64,000 bases of DNA from Eledone cirrhosa (Eukaryota): positions 42,780,001-42,844,000 of the forward strand of contig OZ024752.1 in the NCBI GenBank assembly GCA_964016885.1. Reading direction: 5' to 3'. Shown here one piece after another: positions 1 to 15,469 of the stretch. The notes below the pieces were generated by a model. That model was not told where the DNA came from. It did not search any database and saw nothing but the letters and a program-made list of their open reading frames with translations. Position numbers and translations under genes: made by a program. How positions within the stretch are numbered: position 1 is the first letter of the stretch; every line of letters begins with the position of its first letter.

Positions 1-325
1 AACCACATTTACAGTGTGTGCTGGGTGCCCTGCCTAATGCTAACCACATTTACAGTGTGTGCTGGGTGCCTTGCCTAACGCTAACCACATTTACAGTGTG
101 TGCTGGGTGCCCTGCCTAACGCTAACCACATTTACAGTGTGTGCTGGGTGCCCTGCCTAACGCTAACCACATTTACAGTGTGTGCTGAGTGCCCTGCCTA
201 ACGCTAACCACATTTACAGTGTGTGCTGGGTGCCCTGCCTAACGCTAACCACATTTACAGTGTGTGTTGGGTGTGTTGAGTGCCCTGCCTAACGCTAACC
301 ACATTTACAGTGTGTGCTGGGTGCT
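1..325. repeat. 41-bp minisatellite derived from a SINE tail
   Basis: Unit AACCACATTTACAGTGTGTGCTGGGTGCCCTGCCTAACGCT, ~8 copies. Confidence 0.9.
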
Positions 326-1171
326 TTTTTGCTGTGTTTCTTTATTGACCACTTTACACTGTGAGGTGGATGTTGTGTGGTACCAACATATATATATATA
401 CATATATGTAGTACCAACATAATATATATATATATATACATTCACACACATCATGATAATTGTTTCTACTTTTGGCACAAGGCCGGCAATTACCCAGTGC
501 ATTACTGGTACTTTATTTTATCGACCCCGTAAGGATGAAAGGCAAAGTTAACCTCGGCGGGATTTGAACTCAGACTGGCAAGGGCCATTCTGAGTTCAAA
601 TCCTGCCGAGGTTAACTTTGCCTTTCATCCTGCACACACATCATGATAATGATAAACATATACATCATCATCATCATCATCATCATCGTTTAACGTCCAT
701 CTTCCACGCTTGCATAGGTTTGGACGGGAGTTTTCCCACTTGAGGCAAGAGTGGTTGTCTTGCTCGTATAGGACTGTCTGGCGGGTTTTCTACGGCTGGA
801 TGCCCTTCCTAACACCAACCACGTTTACAGTGTGGACTGGGAGGTTTTTACCGTGTTACCTACATGGCCACATTACAGCGTGGACTGTCTGGCGGGTTTT
901 CTACGGCTGGATGCCCTTCCTAACACCAACCACGTTTACAGTGTGGAACTGGGAGGTTTTTACCGTGTTACCTACACGGTCACATTACAGCGTGGACTGT
1001 GTGTTTTTTGTTGTGACACCTACACGACCTCATTTGTTTCGGACTGGATGTTGTGGCACCAACATAACTTTACATTGAAAGGGGTGGTGTGGATGGGGTA
1101 GGGGTAGTGGGACGGGGGTGTAATTTTTTTTTTTTACTTATCTGCGCATATTCATATCTGCATGATAATAC

Positions 1172-2748
1172 TTAGTATATAGTCGCGCATAGGTAGCACT
1201 TGTTTAACGATAAATAAGTATAAATTTTTGGGGTGCGATCTATCCGATCGGCATCAGACTGACCAATGATTTTTCATAGACTTAATCAACGCTGGGTATT
1301 TATAAAAATAACTTTGTTAATATTTTTTTGGCAGTATCGGTAGAGGGTCGGACGCCATGCTTTGACGCATAGAGTTATGGCCCTTGCCATTCTGAGTTCA
1401 AATCCCGCCGAGGTTAACTTTGCCTTTCATCCTTACGGGGTCGATAAAATAAAGTACCAGTAATACACTGGGTAATTGCTGGCCTTGTGCCAAAAGTAGA
1501 AACAATTATTTAACATAATAATTTCATATATCTACTTTCTTATACATATATATATTTCTTGATTTTAAATTTTTTACTAAAACTTTGTAGTGTTTATGTT
1601 TTTTTCTATCTGACCGAACCATCTGTCATTAAAATCCATAGAAATGCATACCCGGTAGTTAAAATGTGATTTCATTGTCTTAGCGTTGTTATGAACACGT
1701 ATTGTGACATATTTACTTTAACAGGAAACAGATTATTGCACGTGGCATTTCTTTTCAAAATTAGCAAGTGAGAAAAATTAATAGTTGAAATCTAGCAGTT
1801 TTCCGAACAGGTGAATTAATTAAAAATGCAGATATAATCAGTACAAGGTTTTAGTCTTTCTCTACATTCCAGGCAAATATTTTCATTGAAAAAAATGTAT
1901 AAAACCTTTTCACCAGTCAAAATAATATTTGCAATGTACTCTTACACAATGTACGGTGTAAATTTACGTAACAGAATGTTCCCAATATATAAGTTCATTA
2001 ACAGGTGTGAACATGTATTGGTGTTGTATTTTTCAACCACGTTGCTGTAATATTTCAAAGTAACTATCATCGTCAGAAATAAATACGTCTGATTCATTTG
2101 AAGATAAATCACTAATATTATCTTGTGTTTCTTTTTCATTTCGAATGTCGTCGCATGTAAAACCTTCAAAGTCGGTATTCACTACTTTGGGAAGCCATGT
2201 TGATACGCTAAAAATCTGTTATACTTTCAACGTTAAAACACACGTGTTATTTCAAGTTGTTTCGCTATATTAAGAGTTAATTTTCGCGCTTAAAGGCTTT
2301 ATCTCGCAGTAATCTTGAATTAACGAGATTTCGATGATGTTAATGTTTATTTTATAAATAAAACATGGTTTGGAGTATATATATCGCAACGGTGAAGTAA
2401 TGGAAAGCTAACAGATTATTAGTTTCAATTATCATAAAAAATAGTAGTTTGATGGCCCAAATTTCAGTGCGACCTATCTGCGAGTCAATGGCAAATAGCC
2501 TATTTGTTAAATGAAAAGTGGGTATGCGACCTATCTGCTGGGGCGACCTATACGCGAGTGATGAGTTGTGGTGCACCTGGGCACTGTACACAATATTTCA
2601 TTATTGTTATTGTTATTATATCATGACTCATACACTGTTTATTTTCCTGACATTTGTACATTATTCTATGTACTATACATGCACCTTTGATGAGTTGTAG
2701 TGCACCTGAGCACTGTACACAATAATTTCATTATTATTTATATACGGT
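1172..2748. mobile_element. pogo/Tigger-like non-autonomous DNA transposon with nested insertions
   Basis: Left end ...GTATATAGTCGCGCATAGGTAGCAC. Right end GCGACCTATACGCGAGT[CR1-tail insertion ~2560-2739]ATATACGGTA. Subterminal GCGACCTATC repeats. SINE nested at ~1330-1510. Confidence 0.6.
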
Positions 2749-3689
2749 ATGTATAATAAACCATACTGTGTTTAAATTAAAGTCCCCTATCATAGTTTTT
2801 TTGTGAAAACTTTTAAAGTTCTGTTCCAAATGCCAGCTTGGGTAATTAAATATTACACTATGCTTTACTAAATCCGTCATCATCATCATCATCATCATCA
2901 TCATCGCCACTTTGAATCTGTTTTCCACACCAGCATGGGTTGGCCAGGTTACCCTAGTCTGAGACCAGATGGGTTGGAGCAACCTCATCTTACTCATATA
3001 TATTCCATGTTTAGCATGGTTTCTACAGAACTGGTATTTTTAGCCCTTTTCTATGATTCTGTTTTGTAAATAGTCAACCATTTAAATCTGACAATTCTGG
3101 CTGTTGAAGTCAGTTGATTTAATTTCGGCATGTCTATTCTATACATTTGGGAAATGTTGGGTTGACATCTCCCCTGTCCCCCCTCCTCCTTTTCCGCAAC
3201 CAGACAACTTAATTTATTTCAACAGATAAGCTCTCTCTCTCTCTCTTTCTCTCTAGCTAACTAGCTAGCTACCAACCAATGAACCAATGAACCAATCAAG
3301 CTAGCAGACACGATGGATGTAACACTTTTGTTACCATATTTCTAATGAAACACACTGCCTATAATTGTCAAATAATTTTGAAAATAATTAAGAATTTGGA
3401 GAGATTTAGTAATATAACTTTCTCAATATTAACCCTTTAGCATTTACATTACATTATATATATATATTTACATTATATTATATATATATATATACATTAC
3501 ATTATATATATATATATTTACATTATATTATATATATATATATACATTACATTATATTATATACTATATTCAAATCCCGCCGAGATTAACTTTGCCTTTC
3601 ATCCTTACGAGGTCGATAACATAAAGTACCAGTAATACACTGATTAATTGCTGGCCCTGTGCCTAACGTAGAAACAATTATATATACTA

Positions 3690-4215
3690 TATTTTCACAG
3701 TAAAGGCTTTACCTCATAATATCTCACATAACATTTGCTTTACTCTATACATACTATTATATTTTCATAGTAAAGGCTTTACCTCACATAATATCTCACA
3801 TAACATTTGCCTTACTCTATACATACTATTATATTTTCATGGTAAAGGCTTTACCTCACATAATATCTCACATAACATTTGCCTTACTCTATACATACTA
3901 TTATATTTTCATGGTAAAGGCTTTACCTCACATAATATCTCACATAACATTTGCCTTACTCTATACATACTATTATATTTTCATGGTAAAGGCTTTACCT
4001 CACATAATATCTCACATAACATTTGCCTTACTCTATACATACTATTATATTTTCATGGTAAAGGCTTTACCTCACATAATATCTCACATAACATTTGCCT
4101 TACTCTATACATACTATTATATTTTCATGGTAAAGGCTTTACCTCACAATATCTCACATAACATTTGCATTACTCTATATTTACTATTATATTTTCAAGG
4201 TAAAGGCTTTATCTT
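3690..4215. repeat. 72-bp tandem array inside a piggyBac-like MITE
   Basis: 24-aa periodicity in ORF 3839-4243, ~7 copies. Confidence 0.9.
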
Positions 4216-4719
4216 ACATAATATCGAATCTATGAGATTTTGATATAATCTATTTTGTGAACAATACCTTAACATTAGTATGAGTGACTGGTTACAATTG
4301 GTTTGAGCAGAAAGAGGTGAGAGAATTCTAGCCAGATATGGCCGGTTTAAATGCTAAAATGGTTAAGTTAGTGTTTGGAATATAACTTAACAAAGGTTCT
4401 TACATAATTTATGATGGAAGGATTTTAAAAGCTTTAAAATAGTTTTGTATAGTAGAAGCAATGAAGGTTTTATGTGGTTTTAGTATCAGATGGGTTGTTG
4501 GTAGACTATTAGGGTTATTTGTATGTTTATAGTTATATTGTGTTGTATCATCATCATCGTCATTTAACGTCCATCTTGCACGCTAGCATGGGTTAGACGG
4601 GAGTTGTCCCACTTGAGGCAAGGTTGGTCGGGTGACCATGTCTTGCTCGTATAGGACTATCTGGCAAGTTTTGTACGACTGGATGCCCTTCCTAACACCA
4701 ACCACATTTACAGTGTGGA

Positions 4720-4760
<41 letters not shown>

Positions 4761-5258
4761 CATCATCATCATCATCTTCGTTTAACGTCCATTTTCCACG
4801 CTAGCATGGGTTAGATGGGGAATATGTATATATATGTATATATGTGTATATATATGTATATATGTGTATATATATGTATATATGTATATATATATGTATA
4901 TATGTATATATATATGTATATATGTATATATATGTATATATGTATATATGTGTATATATATATATGTGTGTATATATATATATACATATATATATGTGTA
5001 TTGTATGTGTGTGGTTGTGTGTATATATAACTCCGATATAAAACTTGCGGCTCAGTAGTAACCGAGATGTTGATCTTTACTTCTTTTCGGGTTATAGCTA
5101 CTGTCTCTCAGAGAGTGGGATTGGCTCAGTGCACAGTCTTTCCTCACTTTAAAAAATATCTTCATGCACAGGCATTGCACGATAGAATTAATTAATAATT
5201 ATTAATAATGGTATATCGTGCAATGGCCATACTCGATAACGAGGGGGCAGCCATCATC

Positions 5259-5295
<37 letters not shown>

Positions 5296-5296
<1 letters not shown>

Positions 5297-5878
5297 CATG
5301 TATCCCAGTACAACCTGTCTCATGGTCGGGTCGTTGGCGACTAAACTGGCAACCCCACCAAGGTTTCTTGGTGAGGGGGGTGACTTTGGACATCCTGCAG
5401 GACTAAAAACAAAACCTGTCAAAGGGCAAAGGAGCTCTTAAGAGTCAATGGCCATCCAAAATCACTGGGAGGGATGACCCCTTAGCCTTTGTCAAGGCAG
5501 AATTCTAGGAGAAGGAAAACTCTGATATAACACCTGCAACCCTGATGGTATCCAATGATGTTGACTTGTTCTTCTTTTTGGTAAATATCATCTTGGTTAA
5601 GAGAGTGGGACTGGCTTTGTGCAGTGCCTTTGCTCACTATAAAAGCTTCACGGCACAGGCATTGCTTTATATCTGGAGATCTCTCTGCACTTGTCATCAC
5701 ATGGTACCATGGGCCCAGCACTATGTGTCAAAAATTGTCACAAGTGTAGTGTTTGTACCAGAGTTTTCAAGTCGCTAGCTGGACTAAAAAGTCACACTCG
5801 TTCAGCGCATCGGTAGGGGTTCTCCTGCATGGATATAAAGTAGTGGCCGTACTCGAAAACGAGTTGGCAGCCACCATG
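5296..5878 (+). mobile_element. Non-autonomous RTE-related retroelement
   Basis: 5'-UTR-like GGAGAAGGAAAACTCTGAT segment, CSVCTRVFKSLAGLKSH zinc-finger-like tail and GCCGTACTCGAAAACGAG end, in (GTAT)n. Near-identical 3' ~400 bp at 60845-61250. Confidence 0.6.
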
Positions 5879-6605
5879 TATGTATGTATGTATGTTGTGT
5901 GTATGTATGTATGTGTGCTGTGGTGTATATGCATGTATGTATCTATATATGCTGTGGTGTATATGTATGTATCTATCTATATGTGCTGTGGTGTATATGT
6001 ATGTATGTATCTATATGTGCTGTGGTGTATATGTATGTATGTATCTATATATGCTGTGGTGTATATGTATGTATGTATCTATATGTGCTGTGGTGTATAT
6101 GTATGTATGTATCTATATGTGCTGTAGTGTATATGTATGTATATATAAATGTAAGTATGTATGTATCTGTGTGCTGCGGTGTATATGTATGTGTGTATGT
6201 ATCTATGTGTGCTGTGGTGTATATATATGTATGTATGTGTGCTGTGGTGTATATGTATGTGTGTATGTATCTATGTGTGCTGTAGTGTATATGTATGTAT
6301 GTATGTGTGCTGTAGTGTATATGTATGTATGTATGTGTGTATGTATCTATATGTGCTGTAGTGTATATGTATGTATGTGTGCTGTGGTGTATATGTATGT
6401 ATGTGTGTATGTATCTATATGTGCTGTAGTGTATATGTATGTATGTATGTGTGCTGTAGTGTATATGTATGTGTGTATGTATCTATATGTGCTGTAGTGT
6501 ATATGTATGTATCTATGTGTGCTGTGGTGTATATATATGTATGTGTGTATGTATCTATATGTGCTGTAGTGTATATGTATGTATGTATGTATGTGTGCTG
6601 TAGTG

Positions 6606-6636
<31 letters not shown>

Positions 6637-6793
6637 GTGTATGTATCTATATGTGCTGTAGTGTATATGTATATATGTATGTATGTGTGCTGTGGTGTAT
6701 ATGTATGTGTGTATGTATGTATGTGTGCTGTGGTGTATATGTATGTGTGTATGTATCTATGTGTGCTGTGGTGTATATATATGTATGTGTATA
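5877..6793. repeat. Compound (GTAT)n/TGTGCTGTRGTGTAT minisatellite
   Basis: Direct inspection. Confidence 0.9.
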
Positions 6794-8358
6794 TGGCATT
6801 TATCTGTCATCAATCCCGTATGATAAAATATGATATGGAGAAGTCTTAGACTAAAGATGGTAAAGATGGAGTAAATCTTTGTTTTCAGACGAAAGAAAGA
6901 TAGCAAGTGTTCATGTTTTTACTAAGGTTATTACTGATATAAGGGAAGTGAAACAAATAACCCCACTTTGGTAGATAAACCTTGGGTGGGTTAGTGTTTA
7001 ACCCTTAATACCCTGTATTGCATGAAACCACACTAGCAAGACATACTTGAAAAGTGTTAAGAAAAGCCCCATGATTGTTTCAGATTAAAAATGAAAGTAT
7101 TTACTCTCAAACTCAAATGTTTTGAATGATATTTCCACTAGTAAAGTTTCTTACTATAAACTTTTAAATTAACCATCCACATGAAACCACAAGATATTTT
7201 TGAAGAGTATGACACAGTTTTATAACCACATCACATTAAAACATTAGTTTTTACTCTACTACTGCAATCTGTTCACTAATAAAGATATAAACATTTGAAT
7301 CAACAAACCCATTTTTAGATATTTTCTTCTAAATTATTACAGTGTGTTAAATAAACCTTTCATGAGTTGTAGTGCACCTGAGCAGTGTACACAACAATTT
7401 TCATTAATATTATAGCTTTGCCTTTTATCCTTATGGGGTCGATAAAATAAAGTACCAGTAATGCACTGGGATAATTGCATGCCTTGTGCCAAAAGTAGAA
7501 ACAATTATTATTATAAATAAACATTAAAGTCTTTTCTCTAATACTGCAAATTTTCACAATCTGTTCGCTAATAAAGAGTTTACAAATATTTGAACCAATA
7601 AACCTGTTTTTAAATATTTTCTGCTAAATAACTACAGGATGTTAAAATATAAAAGGTTTAGGGCTTGTACCTATGTAATCTACGAAACCTTCATGGCTGG
7701 CATCTTTGTCTAATATTAATTAAAATTTAAAAATTTATTTTTGAAATTATAGAAAATGAAATAAAATTAAACAAAACATATTTATTATTTAAAATGATAA
7801 GGACAGTGAGACTTTATTTTGAAATTTATGATAAAAACAGGAAAATACTTGTATGTAGTGCCTCCCAGATGTTGCAGCCCCAACTATTAATTGGAAATAG
7901 GATAGAAATGTCTTTTACTTAACCCTTTCATTATCATATCTCTAATAAAAGACACACCTATGATTTTCAAATCATTTTTGGAAATAAAGAAAAATTTGGA
8001 GAGAGATTTAGTAAAATAACTTTCTTGTTATTATTAAACTGGTGTTTGGAACTTAACTTCACAAAAGTTCTGACATAAAATTATGATGGAAGGTTTTAGA
8101 TAAATATAAACACTTAAAAAATATACAGCTTTTGTATCATGGGACAGTTTCAGGAGGTTTGGTATGAAAGGGGTTCAACTGGAAGTGCCCCTCCACCCTT
8201 TAAAATGGTACAATTTTTCAAATTTTAGCCACCAAGGAGAAATATAGGTATACTTTTGAGTTTTCCACTGTGTGAAGCTACCATCACTATAATTATTTAA
8301 TAAAACAATACTGCCAATCTGCCAAAGTTCTCTATTCTAAATACCATACTGCTTCCAG

Positions 8359-8474
8359 CTAATTCTGACAAGTTTTGGTGGTTTGATCACACATGGATGC
8401 ATACGCAGGCCCATTTTCATGAAAATGTCACCAGTTTAGAAGAGGACATGACACTTAATAAAGAATTTGCTCAG
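8359..8474 (+). CDS. NDST: NDST exon (N-deacetylase domain; first exon visible in window)
   Basis: ttccag|CT...CAG|gtaatt. Translates NSDKFWWFDHTWMHTQAHFHENVTSLEEDMTLNKEFAQ, matching NDST FWWFPHMWSHMQPH...QMALNKKFA, with the HxxxH metal-binding motif intact. Confidence 0.93.
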
Positions 8475-9198
8475 GTAATTTTTTTCTCTAACATCCTCTA
8501 GCATCTCTATATTTTTTTAATAATTTGTCAAGCACCTATATACCTATAGTTTATTAAGGTCGATCCTGCAGCCTGATGTTCTGGATCTTTCTCCCCTGTA
8601 TGTTAGAGGGCTCAACCAAACACTGAAGGTGTGTGTCTCCTTGTGTTTTGAGTGTTGGATTCTCGATCATAAGGTCGTGGGTTTGATTCCTGGACTGGAC
8701 AGCATGTGTTCTCGAGCCAGACAAGATACTTCATTTCATATTGCTTTTTTCTTGATAAGGCTAGGAGTACCTATCTTTAAAACGCCCAAGAAACCCTATG
8801 AAATGCAACTTGAAGGAGGCCAGCTGAACCAACATAGGTGTGAGCTGTAACATCAACATATAAGCGTATACATACATGATAGGGTTAAGGGCCCCCATCA
8901 TTAACATAGCCAAGAACTCTATGGGAGATGAAACCTCGTAGTGGGGGATCTAAACCTGTATAGATGTGGACTATAATATCAACATATGTGTGTGTGAGAG
9001 AGTGATAGGACTGGGGTCTCATCATTGAAACACCCTAGAATCCTGTGGAGATGCAACCTCATCAGGGGCAAGCTAAACCTACATAGGCATGAAGAACCTG
9101 TAAGATTACAGTGGGGAAACTCCCGAGTATCAGGTCACGGGATTGGCCTTACTAAACTATTAATTTCTACTATGGTATTGAGTACTGATTCTCACGTT

Positions 9199-9967
<769 letters not shown>

Positions 9968-10629
9968 TTTTTCCTAAATAGATAGTTACATAAAAACACC
10001 TATGTAAATAATTACTACAGCAGTAATAGGTATTGTTTCACTTGTTTTGCTTTTGATTTTCACTGGTATGTTTATAAAGTTTCTCTTCTTAATGCTGTTG
10101 TATCTTGTTGCTTCAAACAAATTACATTTTCTGGCTGATTTTTTTTTTTTTTCCCCCCTAAAATTCCTGCTTCAGTTTGAATTTGAATAATTAAAACTCT
10201 ACTCTTATTTCTAATCAGCCAGTAATTTGACAAATTGTGTTTTTCATTTTGCTATTTCTTAACTCTTAACATCCTGTAATGATTTAGCAGAATATATCTA
10301 AAAAAATAGGTTTGTTAATTCAAGTGTTTATAGTATCTTTACTAGTTGACGCAGTGTTGTGGAAATTTGCAGTACTAGAGTAAAGAACTTTTAACCGGCC
10401 GTATCCGGCCAGAATTCTCTCACTTTTCTCTGTTCAAACCAGCCGTAACCAGCCACTCATACTGATGTTAAGGTATTGTTCTCAAAATAAATATCAAAAT
10501 CTCATAGATTTGATAATATGTGAGATAATTATGAAAGATGAAGCCTTTACTGTGAAAATACAATAGTATATATAGAGTAATGTAAGTGCTAAAGGATTAA
10601 TTTTTTAATGCGATGCAGTCATAGTGCCA

Positions 10630-11051
10630 TTTTAAACCTGTTCAACAAGGACTTTGCACACATCAGAGGGTTATCTTTTCAGTTTGCAGACATGAATTGG
10701 TCTCTCCGCATTACATGACTTCTATCAAAAGTCCTCATGCACAATTCTTCTGAAACCTTGAATTCCTTAGCAATGGGACTAATTGGCTTTCTGAGCTTCT
10801 TATCAATAATTTCCTGCTTTTTTTGTAAAAACTGTGGGTTTTCTGATGGTATTAGGACCCTTAGCAGGCATTTTACATTTGGCTACTGCAGTAAAATCTC
10901 CATCAGCTGCCTCAAGCCCTTTGTGAACTTTGACAACAAACAATCGTGGAACTTTCAGGAAGCTAGTAATCTCTAAATCTTTATACTCTTCCTTTAAGCC
11001 AACAATTAAAGCATTCCTTTTCATTTACTGAGTTAGCTTGATGTCTGTCAT
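10630..11051 (-). pseudogene. Degenerate Tc1/mariner-superfamily transposase, N-terminal HTH region
   Basis: MTDIKLTQ*MKRNALIVGLKEEYKDLEITSFLKVPRLFVVKVHKGLEAADGDFTAVAK...TIRKP, then frameshifted EIIDKKLRKPISPIAKEFKVSEE...HED...KSHVMRRDQFMS...AKSLLNRFK. Typical Tc1/maT N-terminus broken by stops and frameshifts. Confidence 0.75.
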
Positions 11052-11580
11052 CATTTACCTGAAAAAAAATTATAATCAGAACAAGTTAGAAAAAAAATTA
11101 GAGCTATTAAATGTTTGTGTCTTCAAACAACTGAACAACCCTCTATATAATATTAGTGTTTGAATGTATGTTTATGTGTGTGTATCAGTTTACACCAGGT
11201 TAAAAATGTTTCTAATGCATGAATTGACAAATATTACTGTGTATCACCATAACAAGTCAGTTCCTTTCTTTTGTAAAAGGGGTCCTAACCCCAAAATATC
11301 ATAAAATGTATGGTAAAAGTGTAAACTGTTTTGTTTGCCTTACTTTACTCTAATTTTCACTCTTGTGTCTCTAAATTGCATTATACTGGCTTTTCCCAAA
11401 CAATCCTTCCTAATCACACACACACACATTTACATAACACGTGTGTGTGTGTGTATATATATATATATATCTATATATATATATTATAGGGTAAAATGAC
11501 AGAAGGCTGGGCAGGTTGTATTCCTTTAAATTTTAATTACTGCAAACACTATGCACATTTTAGTGGCCATGTTATATATT

Positions 11581-11809
11581 TTAACCCTTTAGCATTTAAA
11601 CTGGCTGAATCCGGCCACAGTTCTTTCACCTCTTTCTGTTCAAATCAGCCATAACCAGTCACTCATAGCAATGTTAAGGTATTGTTCTCAAAATAAATAA
11701 TATCAAAATCTCATAGATTTTATATTATGTGAGATAATTATGTGAGATAAAGCCTTTACCACGGATATACAATAGTAAATATAGAGTAATGTAAATGTTA
11801 AAGGGTTAA
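11581..11809. mobile_element. piggyBac-like MITE (representative of many copies)
   Basis: TTAA-CCCTTTAGCATTTA...TAAATGTTAAAGGG-TTAA. Other copies near 3430-4365, 10390-10600, 11950-12178, 15480-15926, 34248-34410, 47766-47977, 55764-55988, 56467-56691 and 63102-63350. Confidence 0.75.
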
Positions 11810-12711
11810 TGTCATAATTTTATATAAGAACCTTCAAGTTCCAAACACTAACTTAATGTGTTAGTTATATTACTAAATCCCACAAAATTATTGATTATTT
11901 TCAAGATGATTTGAAAGCCAGAGATAGTATTTTTCATTAAAAATAGATGAACCCTTTAGCATTTAAACCGGCTGTATCCAGCCAGAATTCTCTCACCTCT
12001 TTCTGTTCAAACTGGTTGTAACTGGCCATTCTTACTGATATTAAGGTATTTTTCTCAAAATAATTAAACATCAAAATCTCATAGATTCAATATTATGTGA
12101 GATTATTATGTAAGATAAAGCCTTTACTGAGAAAATACAATAGTAAATATAGAATAATGTAAATGATAAAAGGTTAATGAAAAGGTTTATGTATATCTTC
12201 CAGAACAAATTTTGTTTGATATTTCCTAAATATAAATTAACATTTTTTGTATTCTCCATAAATTTCTTTATAGTGAATATATTTCCATAACTTAGTCTGG
12301 TGCCATTTGAACACCAGTTTATCTGGTTTATTTATAACTTTGTGATAACCTACTTATAGTAATGGATATGTATGAATTTGTTATGTATGAGATGGTTTAT
12401 CTAATAATACATAATACATTGCTTTTACTTAGCTTTAGAAGATTCGGAAAAGTGTGTTTGTAGAGTGTGTGTGTGTGTGTTGGATCTCTCAAGAAGATTC
12501 AGCATGACACTTAACTCTCAGGGAGATTCAGCATGTGGGACAAGGTTGGTTCTTTGAATTGCAAGTGCAACTCATGTTTTCCAGCTGAGTTGACTGAAGC
12601 AATGTGAAATAATGTGTCTTGTTCCAGGGCACAACATACCACCAAAAATTTAAGTTCAGACCATACAATCGCGAGTGAACCGTGAACCTTCAGCTGAAAC
12701 AACCCCCTCCC

Positions 12712-13095
12712 AATCTGTGTTTTATAATACTGTGATAACCAACTGTTGGTTGATAATAGATGAAATAATGTGTCTTGTTCTAGGGCACAGCATACCACCA
12801 AAAATTGATGTTCAGACCATACAATCATGAGTTAGTCATGAACAGTGAGCTGTGAGCCCCCCTCAAACACTACATCATGAATCTATGTTTTATAATACTG
12901 TGATAACCAACTGTTGGTTGATAATAGATGAAATAATGTGTCTTGTTCTAGGGCACAGCATACCACCAAAAATTGATGTTCAGACCATACAATCATGAGT
13001 TAGTCATGAACAGTGAGCTGTGAGCCCCCCTCAAACACTACGTCATGAATCTATATTTTATAATACTATGATAACCAGCTGTTGGTTGATAATAG
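12712..13095. repeat. ~168-bp tandem duplication of a SINE-head fragment
   Basis: Motif TTTTATAATACTRTGATAACCA recurs in units starting ~12712, 12880 and 13048. Confidence 0.8.
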
Positions 13096-13609
13096 AAGTC
13101 TATAAAGTAGTTATTGTATGACTTCATTCATAAATAATACACTCTGTTTTCCATCAGCTTTAGAAAAATGGGACAAATATTTTTGTATGAAATATGCAAT
13201 GTGTTGTCATTAAACTTTAGACTGACTGGCATTTGTAGTTTTTTTTTTGTGGCAAATGGAGGGGCTTATAATTTTTCTTGTTTGTTGCTTCTGGAATTTT
13301 ACTTGTTTAAAAGAATACTGTTTAGAAAGGGAGGGACGGGCTATTCCCATGACCCTGATCAGGGCTTCCATGAATGGTGGAAGGGATGGTAACTATACTG
13401 TATAGCAAGTTCTTATTTAAACATAGGCCTTCTTTGTTTTTCTACCAAGAGAATACAATCTAAAATATGTGTGTGTGTGTGTGTGTGTGTGTGTCTGTGT
13501 GTCACCAGTATTGCATCGTGTTTCTTCTATCAATGATAATGTGTGTATGTGTGCACATACATATATATATATGTCTGTGTGTGTGTATATAAATATATAT
13601 ATATTTTTT

Positions 13610-13646
<37 letters not shown>

Positions 13647-14019
13647 CATCATCAACGTTTAACGTCCGTGTTCCACGCTTGCATGGGTTTGGACGGGGGT
13701 ATTCCCACTTGAGGCAATAGTGATTGTCTTGCTCGCATAGGACTGTCTGGCAGGTTTTCTACAGTTGGATGCCCTTATATATATATATAATTTGTGTGTG
13801 TGTATATATATATATATTTATTTGTGTGTGTATATATATATAATTGTGTGTATATATATATATATAAATATATATATATATTTTTGTGTGTGTGTGTATA
13901 TATATATATATATAATTTGTATGTGTGTGTGTGTATATGTGTGTGTATATATATAATTTGTGTGTGTGTATATATGTGTGTGTGTGTATATATATATATA
14001 ATTTGTGTGTGTGTATATA

Positions 14020-14052
<33 letters not shown>

Positions 14053-14304
14053 TTGTATGTGTGTGTGTGTATGTGTATATATAGATATATATATATTTGT
14101 GTGTGTGTATATATATGTTTGTGTGTGTTTATATATATATGTGCACGTGTGTGTGTGTGAATATATATATATATATATGCACGTGTGTGTGTGTGTGTAT
14201 ACGTGTGTGTGTGTATATGCAATGTATATATATGATTACAGAAATGAGGTGTTTATATTGCTATGTAGAAATTCAACCATTTATTTTTGTATATCTGTTA
14301 GAAT

Positions 14305-14740
14305 AAATATACATATATTTCACATCTATCAAATTAAATATACATATATTTCACATCTATCAAATTAAATATACATATATTTCACATCTATCAAATTAAA
14401 TATATATATATTTCACATCTATCAAATTAAATATACATATATTTCACATCTATTAAATTAAATATACATATATTTCACATCTATCAAATTAAATATACAT
14501 ATATTTCACATCTATCAAATTAAATATATATATATTTCACATCTATCAAATTAAATATACATATATTTCACATCTATTAAATTAAATATACATATATTTC
14601 ACATCTATCAAATTAAATATACATATATTTCACATCTATCAAATTAAATATACATATATTTCACATCTATCAAATTAAATATACATATATTTCACATCTA
14701 TCAAATTAAATATACATATATTTCACATCTAACACATCTA
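14305..14740. repeat. 31-bp minisatellite
   Basis: Unit AAATATACATATATTTCACATCTATCAAATT, ~14 copies, with a degenerate tail. Confidence 0.9.
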
Positions 14741-15040
14741 TTAAATAAAATATATATTCTACATCTATCCCATCTAATAGATTAAATAAAAGTATATTTC
14801 ACATCTATCAGATTAAGTATTATTTTTCATATTTATCACATTTAATATATATTTCACATTTATCACATCTATCACAAATATTTGAAAGATTTCTTTCAAA
14901 TCCTTCACGATTTTGGAAGCATGATGAATCTGTATGAAAACATTAGTCACCCACCCACTGCTTCACCCACTGCTTTTTTTATATTCCTTCAACACTTTAC
15001 TATTTACATTACTCTATATATATTATAATATTTATTATTA

Positions 15041-15469
15041 CTAGCAGAAAAACCAACCTTTCGGTGGTTTTCTGCTAGCATGTGTAGTGTGCATATTGAT
15101 ATTATATGCAAGTATATATGCATGTAGATATGATACATCAAATAAAATCGTAATTGACAATAAACACAGAAATTGAACGAAGACTGTGTTACACTGTCTT
15201 ATGTAATCAGTAACGTAATCCATGATACATTAAAAAAAAGACGATATTATATATAAACTGCATTAGGAGAAAATTAGTGACGGAAATATATGAATGTTTA
15301 TTTAAGCAATCGCTAACCGGAAGTGTTGACAATTGAAAATTTTAAAGAAGTGAATCTTAAAATAAGCAAAAAAATTATTTATTCAAAGTAATCCAACTTA
15401 TTTTACAAACGGGATAAAAAAATATATTCTGGACGCAGTCCCGCGCTCCTTACTTTATTATAGTTTAGA
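15041..15469 (-). mobile_element. Non-autonomous Helitron
   Basis: Minus strand begins A|TCTAAAC and ends with hairpin AACCACCGAAAGGTTGGTT followed by CTAG|T. No target-site duplication. Confidence 0.75.

Noticed and set aside
2045-2080. CTGACGA...GAAA on the minus strand
   Set aside because: Intervening bases do not pair; reads as the acidic SDDDSYFE tail inside the pogo-like element.
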